A stretch of DNA of 64,000 nt from a candidate division FCPU426 bacterium (GCA_963771075.1 CAVYSE010000007.1:230295-294294); one strand, 5' to 3'. Numbered from the stretch's first letter, positions 50,996 through 62,300 are shown. Made by a program: numbers and translations. Notes: generated from the sequence alone by a model not told the origin.

Positions 50996-51693
50996 AAAAA
51001 CCCATCATCATCGCCATTGACGGGCCCGCGGGCGCGGGTAAGAGCACCGTCGCAAAATCCCTGGCCAAAAAACTGCGATTTTTGCACATCGATACGGGAG
51101 CCATGTACCGGGCGGTGACTCTCAAGGCCCTGCGTTTAAAAACGGATTTGAGGAACGACGGGGAATTGGAAAAGGTCGCGTTGGATTGCGACATCGAGTT
51201 GAAGCCCGCCGAACCGGAGAACAAGGTATTCATGGACGGGGAGGAAATCACGCGCGATATCCGGACCCCGGAAGTCACCCAGGCTTCCGCCTATATTGCC
51301 AATTCGGTTCCGGTTCGGAAAATACTGGTCGCCCGCCAGCAAAGAATGGGCCGCGAAGAAAGCCTCCCCTATGGAGGCGCCGTGTTAGAAGGCCGGGATA
51401 TCGGCACCGATGTTTTTCCCGACGCGCAATACAAGTTTTACCTGGACGCCTCGGTGGAGACGCGGGCCCAGCGAAGGCTGCGGGACCTCTTAAAGGCCGG
51501 GGTCGAAACCAGCCTGGAAAAAGTGCTGGAGGACGTCAAGGCAAGGGATGACCGGGACATCCACCGTCCGGTAGGGGGATTGCGGAAAACACCTGAGTCC
51601 ATCGTGATGGACCACAGCCATTTGACCGTGGAGGAATCGGCGGAAGAACTTTATCAATACGTTTTGAAACGGCTGGGTAAAAAGTTGCATTGA
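50992..51693 (+). CDS. cmk: Cytidylate kinase
   Basis: IAIDGPAGAGKST, DTGAMYRA, EGRDIGT. Confidence 0.97.
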   Translation: MKKPIIIAIDGPAGAGKSTVAKSLAKKLRFLHIDTGAMYRAVTLKALRLKTDLRNDGELEKVALDCDIELKPAEPENKVFMDGEEITRDIRTPEVTQASAYIANSVPVRKILVARQQRMGREESLPYGGAVLEGRDIGTDVFPDAQYKFYLDASVETRAQRRLRDLLKAGVETSLEKVLEDVKARDDRDIHRPVGGLRKTPESIVMDHSHLTVEESAEELYQYVLKRLGKKLH

Positions 51694-51792
51694 TTTCCGG
51701 GCCGCAAAGTCTTAATTTCTATTCTCGAAAAAAAGTCAAGTCCCTTGCGAGGGCGGTTGTCAGTCGTGCCTGAAAACGAAAGAAAGAGAAAC

Positions 51793-52905
<1,113 letters not shown>

Positions 52906-52906
52906 G

Positions 52907-53527
52907 GTGAAGTCATTCCCCAAGGTTCGTTTCACGACCGGATGGTTTACCTCTCTTTATTTCGGCATCCGTTCGGTGGGCTCGGAACATATTCCCCAAA
53001 CGGGGCCCTTCGTCGTCTTGGCGAACCACGCCAGCTTTTTGGACCCCTATATGATCGGCTACACAAGTGAAATGAGGGAAGTGGGTTTCATGGCGAAGGA
53101 AGAGCTTTTCCGCAACCCCTTCTTCGGTTTTATTATCCGCAATTGCGGCGCCTTCCCCGTCAAGAGAGGCCGGCAGGACGCGGAGGCGATCCAGAAGTTC
53201 CACGATTTCCTCAATTCCGGTAAACCCCTCTGCCTCTATCCGGAAGGAACCCGTACCCTGGACGGGGAACTGCAGCCCGCCAAAAAAGGCGTGGGAATGC
53301 TCCTCTATAACGCCAAGGTCCCGGCTATTCCCGCTTACATCAACGGAACTTTCAAATCATTCCCGAAGGGAAACCTTTTTCCCAAACCCGGAAAAGTTAC
53401 GGTTTCTTACGGTCCCCCCATACCCCTTGAGGATCTTTACCTTCGACCCCCCGAAAAACCGACCTACCAATCCATCTCCGAAAGGGTGATGGAGCATATC
53501 GCCCGTTTGAAAACCTCCAATCCTTAA
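52907..53527 (+). CDS. plsC: 1-acyl-sn-glycerol-3-phosphate acyltransferase
   Basis: NHASFLD, FMAKEELF, YPEGTRT. Confidence 0.92.
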   Translation: MKSFPKVRFTTGWFTSLYFGIRSVGSEHIPQTGPFVVLANHASFLDPYMIGYTSEMREVGFMAKEELFRNPFFGFIIRNCGAFPVKRGRQDAEAIQKFHDFLNSGKPLCLYPEGTRTLDGELQPAKKGVGMLLYNAKVPAIPAYINGTFKSFPKGNLFPKPGKVTVSYGPPIPLEDLYLRPPEKPTYQSISERVMEHIARLKTSNP

Positions 53528-53669
53528 AGCCTCTCCGCCCCCCCATCCGAAGAACCCCTGAATTTCAGCTTAATTATGCCTGTTAGGGTTTGCACCCTCC
53601 CCCCGCTGTTGTAGAATGACCCCCACAAATTTTCCCTCCCCCGTGGAGCAAGAACTTGAGGCATTAACC

Positions 53670-55398
53670 ATGACAGACACCCCCATCCAAGAAATGACAA
53701 TGGAAGAGCTCTTGAATGAAGAGCAAAAAGTGGCCCGCGGCCAGGTGGTCAAGGGCAAGGTCGTTAAAATCGGAGAGGATGAGCTGATTATTGACGTGGG
53801 TTACAAGACCGAAGGGGTCATTCCCCGGTCCGAGTTTTTGGACATCACGGGCCAATTGACCGTGAAGGAGGGCGATGAGGTCGAGGTTTCGGTCGAGCGT
53901 ATGTCCGATTCCAACGGCCGGTTGAAGCTATCCAAGCGCAATGTGGACAAGTCGCGCGTTTGGCAAACCCTGGAGGAAACCCACCAGGCGAACGCCATCA
54001 TCAAGGGCCGTATCGTGAAGAAGGTGAACGGCGGTTACCGGGTGGATATCGGCCAGGTCGAGGCCTTTCTTCCCGCTAGCCAGATATCCCTCCAGCGCAA
54101 TCCCGAATGCGAGGATCACCTGGAAAAGATCTACGACTTCAAGATCATCAAATTGGACCGGGCCCGCGCCAACGTGGTCGTGTCCCGGCGCCCGGTGTTG
54201 GAATTGGAACGCGAGGAGGGCCGATCCAAGCGGATCTCGGAATTGAATCCGGGTGACCTGGTGGATGGCCGGGTCAAGAGCATCGTCAGTTACGGCGCCT
54301 TCGTGGACCTGAACGGCATCGATGGATTGCTTCATATCGCCGACATTGACTGGGGCCGGGTCAACAAGGTCGAGGATTTCATCAAGGTCGACACAGGGCT
54401 TAAAAGTGATGGTTCTCCAGGTCGATAAGGAAAAAGGGAAGATTTCGCTCGGATTGAAACAAATGACGCCCGATCCCTGGTCCGAGGCCGAGAAAAAATA
54501 CCGCGCGGACCAGTCCGTCGAGGTGGAAGTGACCCATTTCGTGGATTACGGGGTTTTCGTGCGCACTCCCGACAAGTTGGAGGGTTTTTGCCACCTCACC
54601 GAGTTGACCTGGTCCAAAAAAATGCGCAAGCCCTCCGAAATGTTCAAGGTGGGCGAAAAGAAAATGGCCCGGATCATCGACATCGATTTTGAGAAGCGCA
54701 AGATCAACATGAGTTTCAAGCGGATGGAAAAGAGCCCCTGGGAAGACGTCAACCACCGCTATTCCATCGGCGCCAACCTTCAGGGCGCGATTACGAACGT
54801 GACGGAATTCGGCGTATTCGTCGAGCTGGAAGAAGGCCTGGAAGGCCTTTTGCACCAATCCGACATAAGCTGGGACAAACGCACGAAAAACCCGCAGAAG
54901 GAATTCAAGGTGGGCCAATCGATCACCGTCAAGCTATTGGGGATCGACCTGGAGAAAAAGCGGATCTCCCTGGGGTTGAAACAGGTGGATGGGGATCCAT
55001 GGGATCGCATCGAGGAGAAATACCATTCGGGGATGGTGATCACTGGGAAGATCGCACGCCTGGCGGAGTTTGGCGCCTTTGTGGAACTGGAAAAGAATGT
55101 CGAGGGTCTCATTCACAAGACCGAGATCGCCCATCCTGTTCCTAAGACAGTGGAAGAAGCCCTCAAGCCGGGGGATGAGGTCACGGTGAAAGTGATCTCC
55201 GTGGATACGGCCAAACGCCGCATTGGTCTTTCCATCAAGGCACTTGCCGCCAAAAAGAGCGAAGGCGGACCGGAAGGCCCGGAAGAAGTGTCGGAAGAGC
55301 ACAGCGTCCACCGCAAGACCAGCGCATTCCAGAAGATGCTGAAGAAGTTCATGAAAAAAAAGAAGACCGATGAGGAAGAAGACGACGAGGATGATTAA
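53670..55398 (+). CDS. rpsA: 30S ribosomal protein S1 (six S1 domains), interrupted by a one-base frameshift at ~54390-54405
   Basis: GAGG RBS; IDVGYKTEG, AFLPASQ, YGAFVDL..DGLLHI in the first frame; ISLGLKQ and domains 4-6 in the +1 frame. Confidence 0.92.
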
Positions 55399-55491
55399 AC
55401 CTTAGGTTGTTCCAGGATGGGGAGGACCAAGATTGAATCCCGCTTGATCCCCGACATCCATTTGGATGTCCCCATTGGATTCCGCCCGACC

Positions 55492-56448
55492 CTAGAGCTT
55501 TTTCCGTAAACTATTCAGCGTTACGATAATGGCCTCCTGTCCCCTTTTGTCCAAAATAAGGGCGACATGACCTAATCCCGGCACCCGCTTAACGGGAATA
55601 TTCCCCTTATCCCGCGTAAACTCCCCGGCGTAGTGGTCCGTCTGCAGGATTTCGTCATCTTGGCCCGCCAAAACCTCCATCGGCCTTTCCACGTTGCGAA
55701 TATCCGCTCGGTAATCTTCCCTTGGCCGGTAATTGGACAGGAGGGAAAAGGAATATTCCGGGGTCAAGGTCGTACGGGCCCTTTCGGGGAGCGCGAAGGC
55801 CGCCACGGACAAACCGTTAAACCTGGTCACGCCGAACCGGTTCAGGATCGTCAAGGCGATCAGTCGAGGTAAGCTCAGGCCGATCCAACCGCCACTCCCC
55901 TGTCGGCCGGTGGGGGAATCCTGGTGAAGGAAAGGGGCGAGCAGAAGGGTGCCGTCAAAAAGGGATCGTTTCGACCCGGAGGCGAAACGCAGCGCGAAAC
56001 CTCCTCCGGATGAAAAACCCATCAGGATCGTTTTTCTTGTCGGGTTTATCTCGAGAAGGAAATCTTCCAGATCATCCTCCAATTGGCCGATGTAATCGAT
56101 CTTTCCCCGCGTGCCTGACTCGCCGTGCCCTCGCACATCCAACGCGAAAACCGCCCACCCCGCATGGGCTAGGGCGCGGGCCAGGGGATGCATCCCGATG
56201 CTACTGGAAGCGGAGCCGTGCAGGAGCACCAGGGAGCCCTTCCCAGCCCCATTCGGATAATGGCGATAGGCCAGGGAACTGCCGTCCCTCGCCGGAAAAA
56301 GCGATAGGGGCGGGAGATCGGAATAGTCCAAGCCCTGGAAAGGTTCCACGATGCTTTTCAGGGGGGACGGTGCTTTCGGCGCGCCAAATAGGAAAACCAG
56401 GCACAACAAAAAGCCGGGCATCCCTATCAGGAGGGCCAGGAAAATCAT
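55492..56448 (-). CDS. Alpha/beta hydrolase with N-terminal anchor
   Basis: LLHGS, DVRGHGES, GFSSGG nucleophile elbow, GH near C-terminus. Confidence 0.88.
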   Translation of the reverse strand: MIFLALLIGMPGFLLCLVFLFGAPKAPSPLKSIVEPFQGLDYSDLPPLSLFPARDGSSLAYRHYPNGAGKGSLVLLHGSASSSIGMHPLARALAHAGWAVFALDVRGHGESGTRGKIDYIGQLEDDLEDFLLEINPTRKTILMGFSSGGGFALRFASGSKRSLFDGTLLLAPFLHQDSPTGRQGSGGWIGLSLPRLIALTILNRFGVTRFNGLSVAAFALPERARTTLTPEYSFSLLSNYRPREDYRADIRNVERPMEVLAGQDDEILQTDHYAGEFTRDKGNIPVKRVPGLGHVALILDKRGQEAIIVTLNSLRKKL

Positions 56449-56466
56449 CGTGTCATTCTCAATGAT

Positions 56467-56976
56467 TTAGGTTTTTCCCGTTTGTTCCTGAATAGTTTGA
56501 TATTCGTCGGGATAATCCAAGCAAAATATTTCGCACAGCAGAGTAACATCCTGGAAATCCTTTTCTTTCAGTTCATAACCCCGGTGGGATTGGACTTGGT
56601 ATTCCGGTGTGATGCAGCGAACCGGAACGCCCTGAACCGAACCTTTCCCCGCCAGGGAATACGTAGGATATAAAAGCCCCCCGACCACATTCTCCTTCTC
56701 GTCAAAAATAAAGACGTGCACGTCGATTTCGTTTCCGTGAGAATCGCTTAAAACGAAATTCCAATGGTTGTCCCGCCTTATTTCCCGATATCCCTGGGGT
56801 TCAAGGAACTCGCATAGCCGGGCAAGGTCTTTCTGCTCAATCGCGATATCCAAATCCTGATGGGGTCGGGTTTGAACACCGAGAAGCGCGTCCACACCCC
56901 AGCCTCCATCTATCCAAATCCGGATGCCCGTTTTATTTAGCTTAACGTAAATATCGACCAAGTCAGAAGCTTTCAT
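56467..56976 (-). CDS. Nucleotidyltransferase of the lincosamide Lnu(A)/aminoglycoside ANT(2'') family
   Basis: WIDGGWGVDALLG.QTRPHQDLDI, EIDVH, H.GYEL..KD..DV. Confidence 0.82.
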   Translation of the reverse strand: MKASDLVDIYVKLNKTGIRIWIDGGWGVDALLGVQTRPHQDLDIAIEQKDLARLCEFLEPQGYREIRRDNHWNFVLSDSHGNEIDVHVFIFDEKENVVGGLLYPTYSLAGKGSVQGVPVRCITPEYQVQSHRGYELKEKDFQDVTLLCEIFCLDYPDEYQTIQEQTGKT

Positions 56977-57584
56977 TAATCGCCTTTCGATTCGCGGATA
57001 ATTCCGGATATCTTAACTTTTAAATATTGTTGATTTTGAACCCCGACCAACGAAGGTATTTTGATCAAATGAATTTATCCGCACACCCAAGGTCAATCAC
57101 GGCGCCTGTCATAAAACAACCTCGCCTGTTAAAAAAGAAATCCGATGACTCGATTTTACTTTAAAATATTCACTTGACCCATTATGGGTAAAAAATTTTT
57201 CTCGTGGTTTTAACCATAAAGCTTCCCGGAGAAATGAAATCGGCAAAGTGGTATTGAAGAGATATTCCATTCCTGTTAACTTTTTATTCGAAAGTTTTTG
57301 CGATTCAGCTGACAAGACTCGGCTCGAGAAGGGTGCCTGAAACGATCATTCTTTTCTTTTTATGGTTCATGACGATCCTCTTTTTTTTGAAAGATCTTGC
57401 CGACGGTTTCCGTGCCTATCCCTTCGTCCCAAACAGCAAACGCTTCCTCACCTCGATCGATTTCTTCCATAACAAAAGGGTGGTTGTTTTCTAGCGCGCT
57501 TCATTCCGTTCGGGCCGTTCACTTAACCTGGCCGGACGGGTTCGCGTATTTCTTTTATTAAATGTCACATACGAAGGAGACAAG

Positions 57585-58514
57585 ATGAACAATCCAAATA
57601 ATAAACCGGAGGCCAACTACGCGAAGCTCGCGGCCATCCTTAAGGAAGCTTTCGAGATGGGGGTGAAAAACCAACGCCCAGTCTCGGCCGCCGAAGCCTC
57701 GTTCCAATTCGCCCGAATGTTCGAGGCTGATTTTTGGAGGCGGAAAGCCCAAGAAGATTTTCGCGTACAGCTCAAGGAAATCGACACCTATAAATACGGC
57801 GAAAGTTTCCGGATGGGTTTTGACATAGGGCTTTCGAGGGCGGAGAGCGAATGGACCGAAAAATACGCCGCGGCCTTCCGCCGTCACCGGGAAAGCCCCT
57901 GGCGGAACGGTTTTTTCTTTTTCGAGCGGATCATCGCCAATACCCATGGTCTTCACATGAGACCGAGCCACGAAATATCGGAGGTGGTCCGTGCGAACGA
58001 TTGCAATGTCTTCGTCAACCATGAGAAGGTTCAGGATCGGTTGGTTCGGGATTTCGTCATGAGCCTCGACCCCGAGGAGCAGGACTTTATTGGCAAGCTC
58101 ATGCCTTCCTCCGACGTTCTTAACCTGTCTGCCCTCGCGGCCATCACGAGGGAACGGGCAGGAAGCAGCTTATTCAGCCAGACGGAAAAGGATGAGGATA
58201 ACAAACGAATGGCGAGCATTTCCTTGAAATACCACCGATTCCAGGGAGACTGCCTGAAGCCCAATATCGTGGAGATGGCCGACTATGACCTGATTATCGA
58301 GGACGAGAACAACGTCAAGCGGCCTTACCTGGAGCTCAGCTACCGGAAGTTCCAGAACGAGGGAAGCGTCACCCCCGATCTGTTGTCCCTTCAGGCGATC
58401 CCGGGCGACATCATCCGATTCGTCATCTTCGGCAAGGACAAGGACGCGGCCGCCGCGGATATCCTTTACATCCTGAGCAAACAATACCTGGGGAAAACCA
58501 AAGAACCCGAATAA
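57585..58514 (+). CDS. Protein with split HPr-like phosphocarrier domain
   Basis: AAGGAG RBS; IANTHGLHMRPS and, ~110 aa later, LLSLQAIPGDIIRFVIFGKDKDAAAADI. Confidence 0.65.
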   Translation: MNNPNNKPEANYAKLAAILKEAFEMGVKNQRPVSAAEASFQFARMFEADFWRRKAQEDFRVQLKEIDTYKYGESFRMGFDIGLSRAESEWTEKYAAAFRRHRESPWRNGFFFFERIIANTHGLHMRPSHEISEVVRANDCNVFVNHEKVQDRLVRDFVMSLDPEEQDFIGKLMPSSDVLNLSALAAITRERAGSSLFSQTEKDEDNKRMASISLKYHRFQGDCLKPNIVEMADYDLIIEDENNVKRPYLELSYRKFQNEGSVTPDLLSLQAIPGDIIRFVIFGKDKDAAAADILYILSKQYLGKTKEPE

Positions 58515-58540
58515 AACAAAGGAGTTATCCCCTTGTTTTT
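58513..58540 (+). terminator. Possible intrinsic terminator
   Basis: AAAACAAAGG...CCTTGTTTTT imperfect hairpin right after the stop codon. Confidence 0.35.
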
Positions 58541-58631
58541 GGGTTTAACCTGTTGAATGTCATGTTTCGCGAGGTCATTTCTTTATAATGTTAGTCAAAG
58601 AACGACCCCCACGTTATTGAAGGAGAACCCT

Positions 58632-59000
58632 ATGCCGGAAGCGAAAATGTCCATGGAACGGCGGGAAAATCCTCGGTTCGCCATGAAGATCCCCGTGAAA
58701 TATTGTCTGGAAAAGGACAAAGAGGTCATCAAGGTCATTACGGAGTGGCGGAAGGAAGCCAAAAACGCCTATACGCTGGACATGAGCCTGGGCGGGATGA
58801 AAATCGTGGTGGATCAACCCCTCTCCATGGGCGATCTCCTGAAGTTCGAGCTTTACCTCCTCGACAAGGTCAATGTGGTGACCATCTTCGCGGAAGTCAT
58901 GTGGTCCGGCCCGGATTGCGCCGGCATCCGCTTTCTCATGATCAAACCCGAAGAGTTGGATGCCCTGAAGGTCTTTCTGGAAAAATCCTCGAAAGCCTGA
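58632..59000 (+). CDS. Single-domain PilZ protein (c-di-GMP receptor)
   Basis: ERRENPR (RxxxR) and DMSLGG (DxSxxG); AAGGAG RBS. Confidence 0.92.
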   Translation: MPEAKMSMERRENPRFAMKIPVKYCLEKDKEVIKVITEWRKEAKNAYTLDMSLGGMKIVVDQPLSMGDLLKFELYLLDKVNVVTIFAEVMWSGPDCAGIRFLMIKPEELDALKVFLEKSSKA

Positions 59001-59071
59001 TCTTTGCTGGAAGACCAGTGGGTGAGCGTACGTTCGGAATGTCAATCGACTGAAGTCGTTCTCCCGTTTCC

Positions 59072-60832
59072 GTGAGGGTTTCCTCCTTGAACTATTATCC
59101 CAAAACTGTTTTCCGGCTCGTCTTCCTTCTGGCCCTCTTGGGTCGGCCCCTTCTCGCCGGGATGTTATCGGAAACGCAGCCCACTTGGAACTCGGTCTTC
59201 CTTAAGCCCCAGGATACCCATTGGACCATGCCTGCCGTGAAGGTCGGCAGCCGAAAATTCAAACTGGATGATTATTCCTATGTCGGGTACAAGCTTTCCC
59301 AAAAGGGCCTGGGCGACGGCATCCCCTGCCAGGAGGTGACAATGACCGGTTCCGGGGATATCACCCCGATCCTCCGGGCCAACCTGGCCGACCTGGTTCA
59401 ACGCGGAGGCGGAACCCTGCATATCCCCGCCGGAACCTACAACGTTTCAGGAACCGTCACCATCAACGCAGGGAATATCCGCATCGCCGGAGCGGGCAGT
59501 GGCGCCACGACCCTATTGGTAGCCTCCACCTACAATCCGGAAAATCAACTGACCGAAGCGCCCTTCACTTTCATGGGTGGGGATGGCATCGGTTATAGCC
59601 AGTGGGCGGAACCGGCCCGTTCCCCTGTCACCACGACCTGCTCCGACATCGGTCGTGGCGACCAGGCCCTGCGGGTGGGTTCCACCGAAGGTTTTACGGC
59701 GGGGGATTGGGTGGTGGTCCAGCAGTATTTCTGGCCCGAATTCGTCAAGGCGAACAGTTTCAATACCTGGCCCACGGACCCTCCCGCGACCGGAACGGAC
59801 TCGGCATTTCAAAACACCTTTTGCTATTTGCGAAAGATCACCGATATCCGGGGCCAAACCCTTCAACTGGACGCCCCCATTCCCCGGACGTTAAGGAACG
59901 GTGATTCCACCCTTTGGTGCTACAAACCCAAACCGGGGCAATATATCGAGAATGTGGGTATGGAAGGCTTCACCCTGCAGGTTCAACCCAACCACCAAGG
60001 GCCCGACGGCATCCCGATCGGCACCGCCCTGGCCTTCAAGGGGGTCTTCGACGGTTGGGCGCGGGATATCAAGGTCTACAACATCGCCAAGAACGGCATC
60101 AAACCCGCATGGTCTTCCCGCATTACGGTCCTCGACTGCCTCGTTTCCGGCGCCCAGAACACGGGAGGGGGAGGCTGGGGCTACGGTTTCTACACCTACG
60201 CTTCCTCGCAGGTCCTTTACCGGCGGTGCACCGCTATCGATACCCGGCACAATTTCACCTGTGAATGGGCTATGACCAACGGTTGCGTTTATACCAGGTG
60301 CGATTCCATCAAGACCCGTGGAAATTCCGACACGGTGACGATGGAATGCGACGACACCCATTACGGTTATTCCCAAGGCCTGCTATGGGACGAATTCCAT
60401 CAGGTGAACACCGGGCTCCTGGCCGAAAACCGGGGAACCTACAGTAACGGCGCCTATGAAACATTCGGCGGCGGGGTGGTTTGGAACTTTTCGGGCACGA
60501 AGGACAACCCTTTCGGTCATTGGCAGGCCGGTACCTTGCAATGCTCGCCCGCGTTATACCCGGCAGATTCGGACGCCCTGGTCATCGGTAGCTCGGGCGT
60601 GACCGTATACGATAATTCCCAGGATACGCCGTCCGCCTACGGGTACGGAACCCCTATGACGGGGTACGGGCTCCAGGCGGGGCCAAGGGGGAATGTGGTT
60701 TACGAAGGGATCGACCGGCCGGGCTTATCCCCGCCGTCCCTCTTCGAGGCCCAGTTGAAAAGCCGTTTGGGTACCCTTCCTCCCGAGATAGCACCTGCTT
60801 GCGATTCTTCACCCGCCAACCAACCCCGTTAA
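59072..60832 (+). CDS. Secreted right-handed beta-helix (pectin lyase-fold) carbohydrate-active protein
   Basis: Signal peptide; DYSYVGY, GGGTLHIPAGTY, IAGAGSGATTL, GGGGWGYG, RHNF, PSLFEAQL. Confidence 0.72.
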   Translation: MRVSSLNYYPKTVFRLVFLLALLGRPLLAGMLSETQPTWNSVFLKPQDTHWTMPAVKVGSRKFKLDDYSYVGYKLSQKGLGDGIPCQEVTMTGSGDITPILRANLADLVQRGGGTLHIPAGTYNVSGTVTINAGNIRIAGAGSGATTLLVASTYNPENQLTEAPFTFMGGDGIGYSQWAEPARSPVTTTCSDIGRGDQALRVGSTEGFTAGDWVVVQQYFWPEFVKANSFNTWPTDPPATGTDSAFQNTFCYLRKITDIRGQTLQLDAPIPRTLRNGDSTLWCYKPKPGQYIENVGMEGFTLQVQPNHQGPDGIPIGTALAFKGVFDGWARDIKVYNIAKNGIKPAWSSRITVLDCLVSGAQNTGGGGWGYGFYTYASSQVLYRRCTAIDTRHNFTCEWAMTNGCVYTRCDSIKTRGNSDTVTMECDDTHYGYSQGLLWDEFHQVNTGLLAENRGTYSNGAYETFGGGVVWNFSGTKDNPFGHWQAGTLQCSPALYPADSDALVIGSSGVTVYDNSQDTPSAYGYGTPMTGYGLQAGPRGNVVYEGIDRPGLSPPSLFEAQLKSRLGTLPPEIAPACDSSPANQPR

Positions 60833-60896
60833 CCGGATTGGGTTTGGGATCATGGGTTAAAATGACTCTGAAACAAAAACTCCAAAGAGGTAACAG

Positions 60897-61583
60897 ATGA
60901 AACCCAAATCCCTAACGGAAATCGCCAAAACCATCGACCATTCCTTGTTAAACCCTGTCCTCACGGACCCGGCATTGATCGAGGGAATCGAGATCGCCCG
61001 TAAATCCCAAGTGGCCTCCGTTTGCATCAAACCCTATTACGTCCTTCAGTCGGCTCAGAGCCTGAAAGGCTCCGGCGTGGCGGTCGGGACGGTGATCGGT
61101 TTTCCCCATGGCGGACACGCGACCGCGATCAAGGTGATGGAATCCCAGCAGGCCCTTCAGGATGGGGCTACCGAACTGGATATGGTGGTGAATATCGGAA
61201 AGGTCTTGAGCGGGGATTGGGATTATGTGGAAAAGGATATCCGGGCTGTGGTCCGTCTTTGCCTCGATCAAAAGGCCGTCAGCAAGGTGATTTTCGAGAA
61301 CTGTTATCTTAACGAAACACAAAAGATCAAACTTTGCGGGATATGCGAGAAAGTGGGGGCTGATTTCGTGAAAACCTCAACCGGTTATGGGTCGGGAGGG
61401 GCGACCGACGAGGATTTGAAACTGATGCGGGCTCATGTTTCGCCCCATGTCCAGGTCAAGGCTGCCGGCGGAGTCCGAACCCTGGACCGTCTTTTGGAAG
61501 TGCTGGACCTGGGCGTCACGCGCGTGGGCGCCACAGCGACCGTGGCCATATTGGAGGAAGCAGCTCGAAGGTTTGAAAATTAG
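60897..61583 (+). CDS. deoC: Deoxyribose-phosphate aldolase
   Basis: IDHSLL, VIGFPHG, ELDMVVN, FVKTSTG, VKAAGGVR. Confidence 0.96.
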   Translation: MKPKSLTEIAKTIDHSLLNPVLTDPALIEGIEIARKSQVASVCIKPYYVLQSAQSLKGSGVAVGTVIGFPHGGHATAIKVMESQQALQDGATELDMVVNIGKVLSGDWDYVEKDIRAVVRLCLDQKAVSKVIFENCYLNETQKIKLCGICEKVGADFVKTSTGYGSGGATDEDLKLMRAHVSPHVQVKAAGGVRTLDRLLEVLDLGVTRVGATATVAILEEAARRFEN

Positions 61584-61614
61584 GGGAGTGTGGTTAGGGG
61601 GAATTGCCGGCTAA

Positions 61615-61742
61615 AAGCGAGAAAAAGGGAAGGGCCTGGGCCTTCTCCTGGCCCGCGATTACACGCGTACCATGGGGGTGAAATGGATCTAAGCTCCCCG
61701 GCGTCGGGGGGCACCGAAGCGGTGTTGACCCTGCCCCGCTAA
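61615..61742 (+). pseudogene. C-terminal remnant of a histidine kinase HATPase domain, frameshifted
   Basis: KREKGKGLGLLLARDYTRTMG, then after a one-base shift GEMDLSSPASGGTEAVLTLPR*. Confidence 0.65.
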
Positions 61743-61784
61743 TCTCCGGAGCAATCCCTCAACTCCCGTTGAACCTGGCCCCCC

Positions 61785-62213
61785 CTAATGGATCAAAACG
61801 ATCTTTTTGACCTTTCGGCTCAAGGGCTCCTCCAAATAGATGAGGTACACCCCGCTGACGCATGGATTCCCGTTGAAATTGGTCCCGTCCCAGTGATACC
61901 ACTCGCTCACCGGGCCCGAGAGGGAGCTGGGGTCATGGTTGTCCTGGGAAAGGTCCCGGATGAATTCGCCCGTGGTGTTGTAGATCCGCAGGGAGTAGGC
62001 TCCTGGAAAAACCGGGCAATTCACCAGGATCGAGACAGGCCCATGCCGCTTGGGGATAAAATAATTTTGATTCACGTAGAAATCCCCGATGGAGGAGAGG
62101 TTGGGGATCGAAGCCATGCTGAGAGTCACGGACGCGGCCGGCAGGGAAGCTGGGCTTGCCCAGACCGCCGTCAAAAAAACAAAGAGGAAATGTTTTCGAA
62201 TCTTAGGGTCCAT
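61785..62213 (-). CDS. Small secreted protein made of a signal peptide plus one FlgD-Ig/T9SS-CTD-like domain
   Basis: SLRIYNTTGEFIRDL, WDGTNFNGNPCVSGVYLIYL, KKIVLIH end. Confidence 0.7.
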   Translation of the reverse strand: MDPKIRKHFLFVFLTAVWASPASLPAASVTLSMASIPNLSSIGDFYVNQNYFIPKRHGPVSILVNCPVFPGAYSLRIYNTTGEFIRDLSQDNHDPSSLSGPVSEWYHWDGTNFNGNPCVSGVYLIYLEEPLSRKVKKIVLIH

Positions 62214-62300
62214 GAGGCTGGACGTATTTTAGGCTATTGGTCCCCGGACCCCAAGCCGGTTTTGGTTCCACCGGCAGGGTTTTGTCAAAAGAGTCCTTAG

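Noticed and set aside
54322..54405. Separate gene start for the second rpsA ORF
   Set aside because: Its first ~25 residues are the off-frame reading of S1 domain 3
57109..57470. Short minus-strand ORFs in the AT-rich gap
   Set aside because: No recognisable motifs; cannot be supported as genes
58030..58364. Intein as the explanation for the HPr insertion
   Set aside because: No Cys/Ser-initiated block A or His-Asn followed by Cys/Ser/Thr at the junctions
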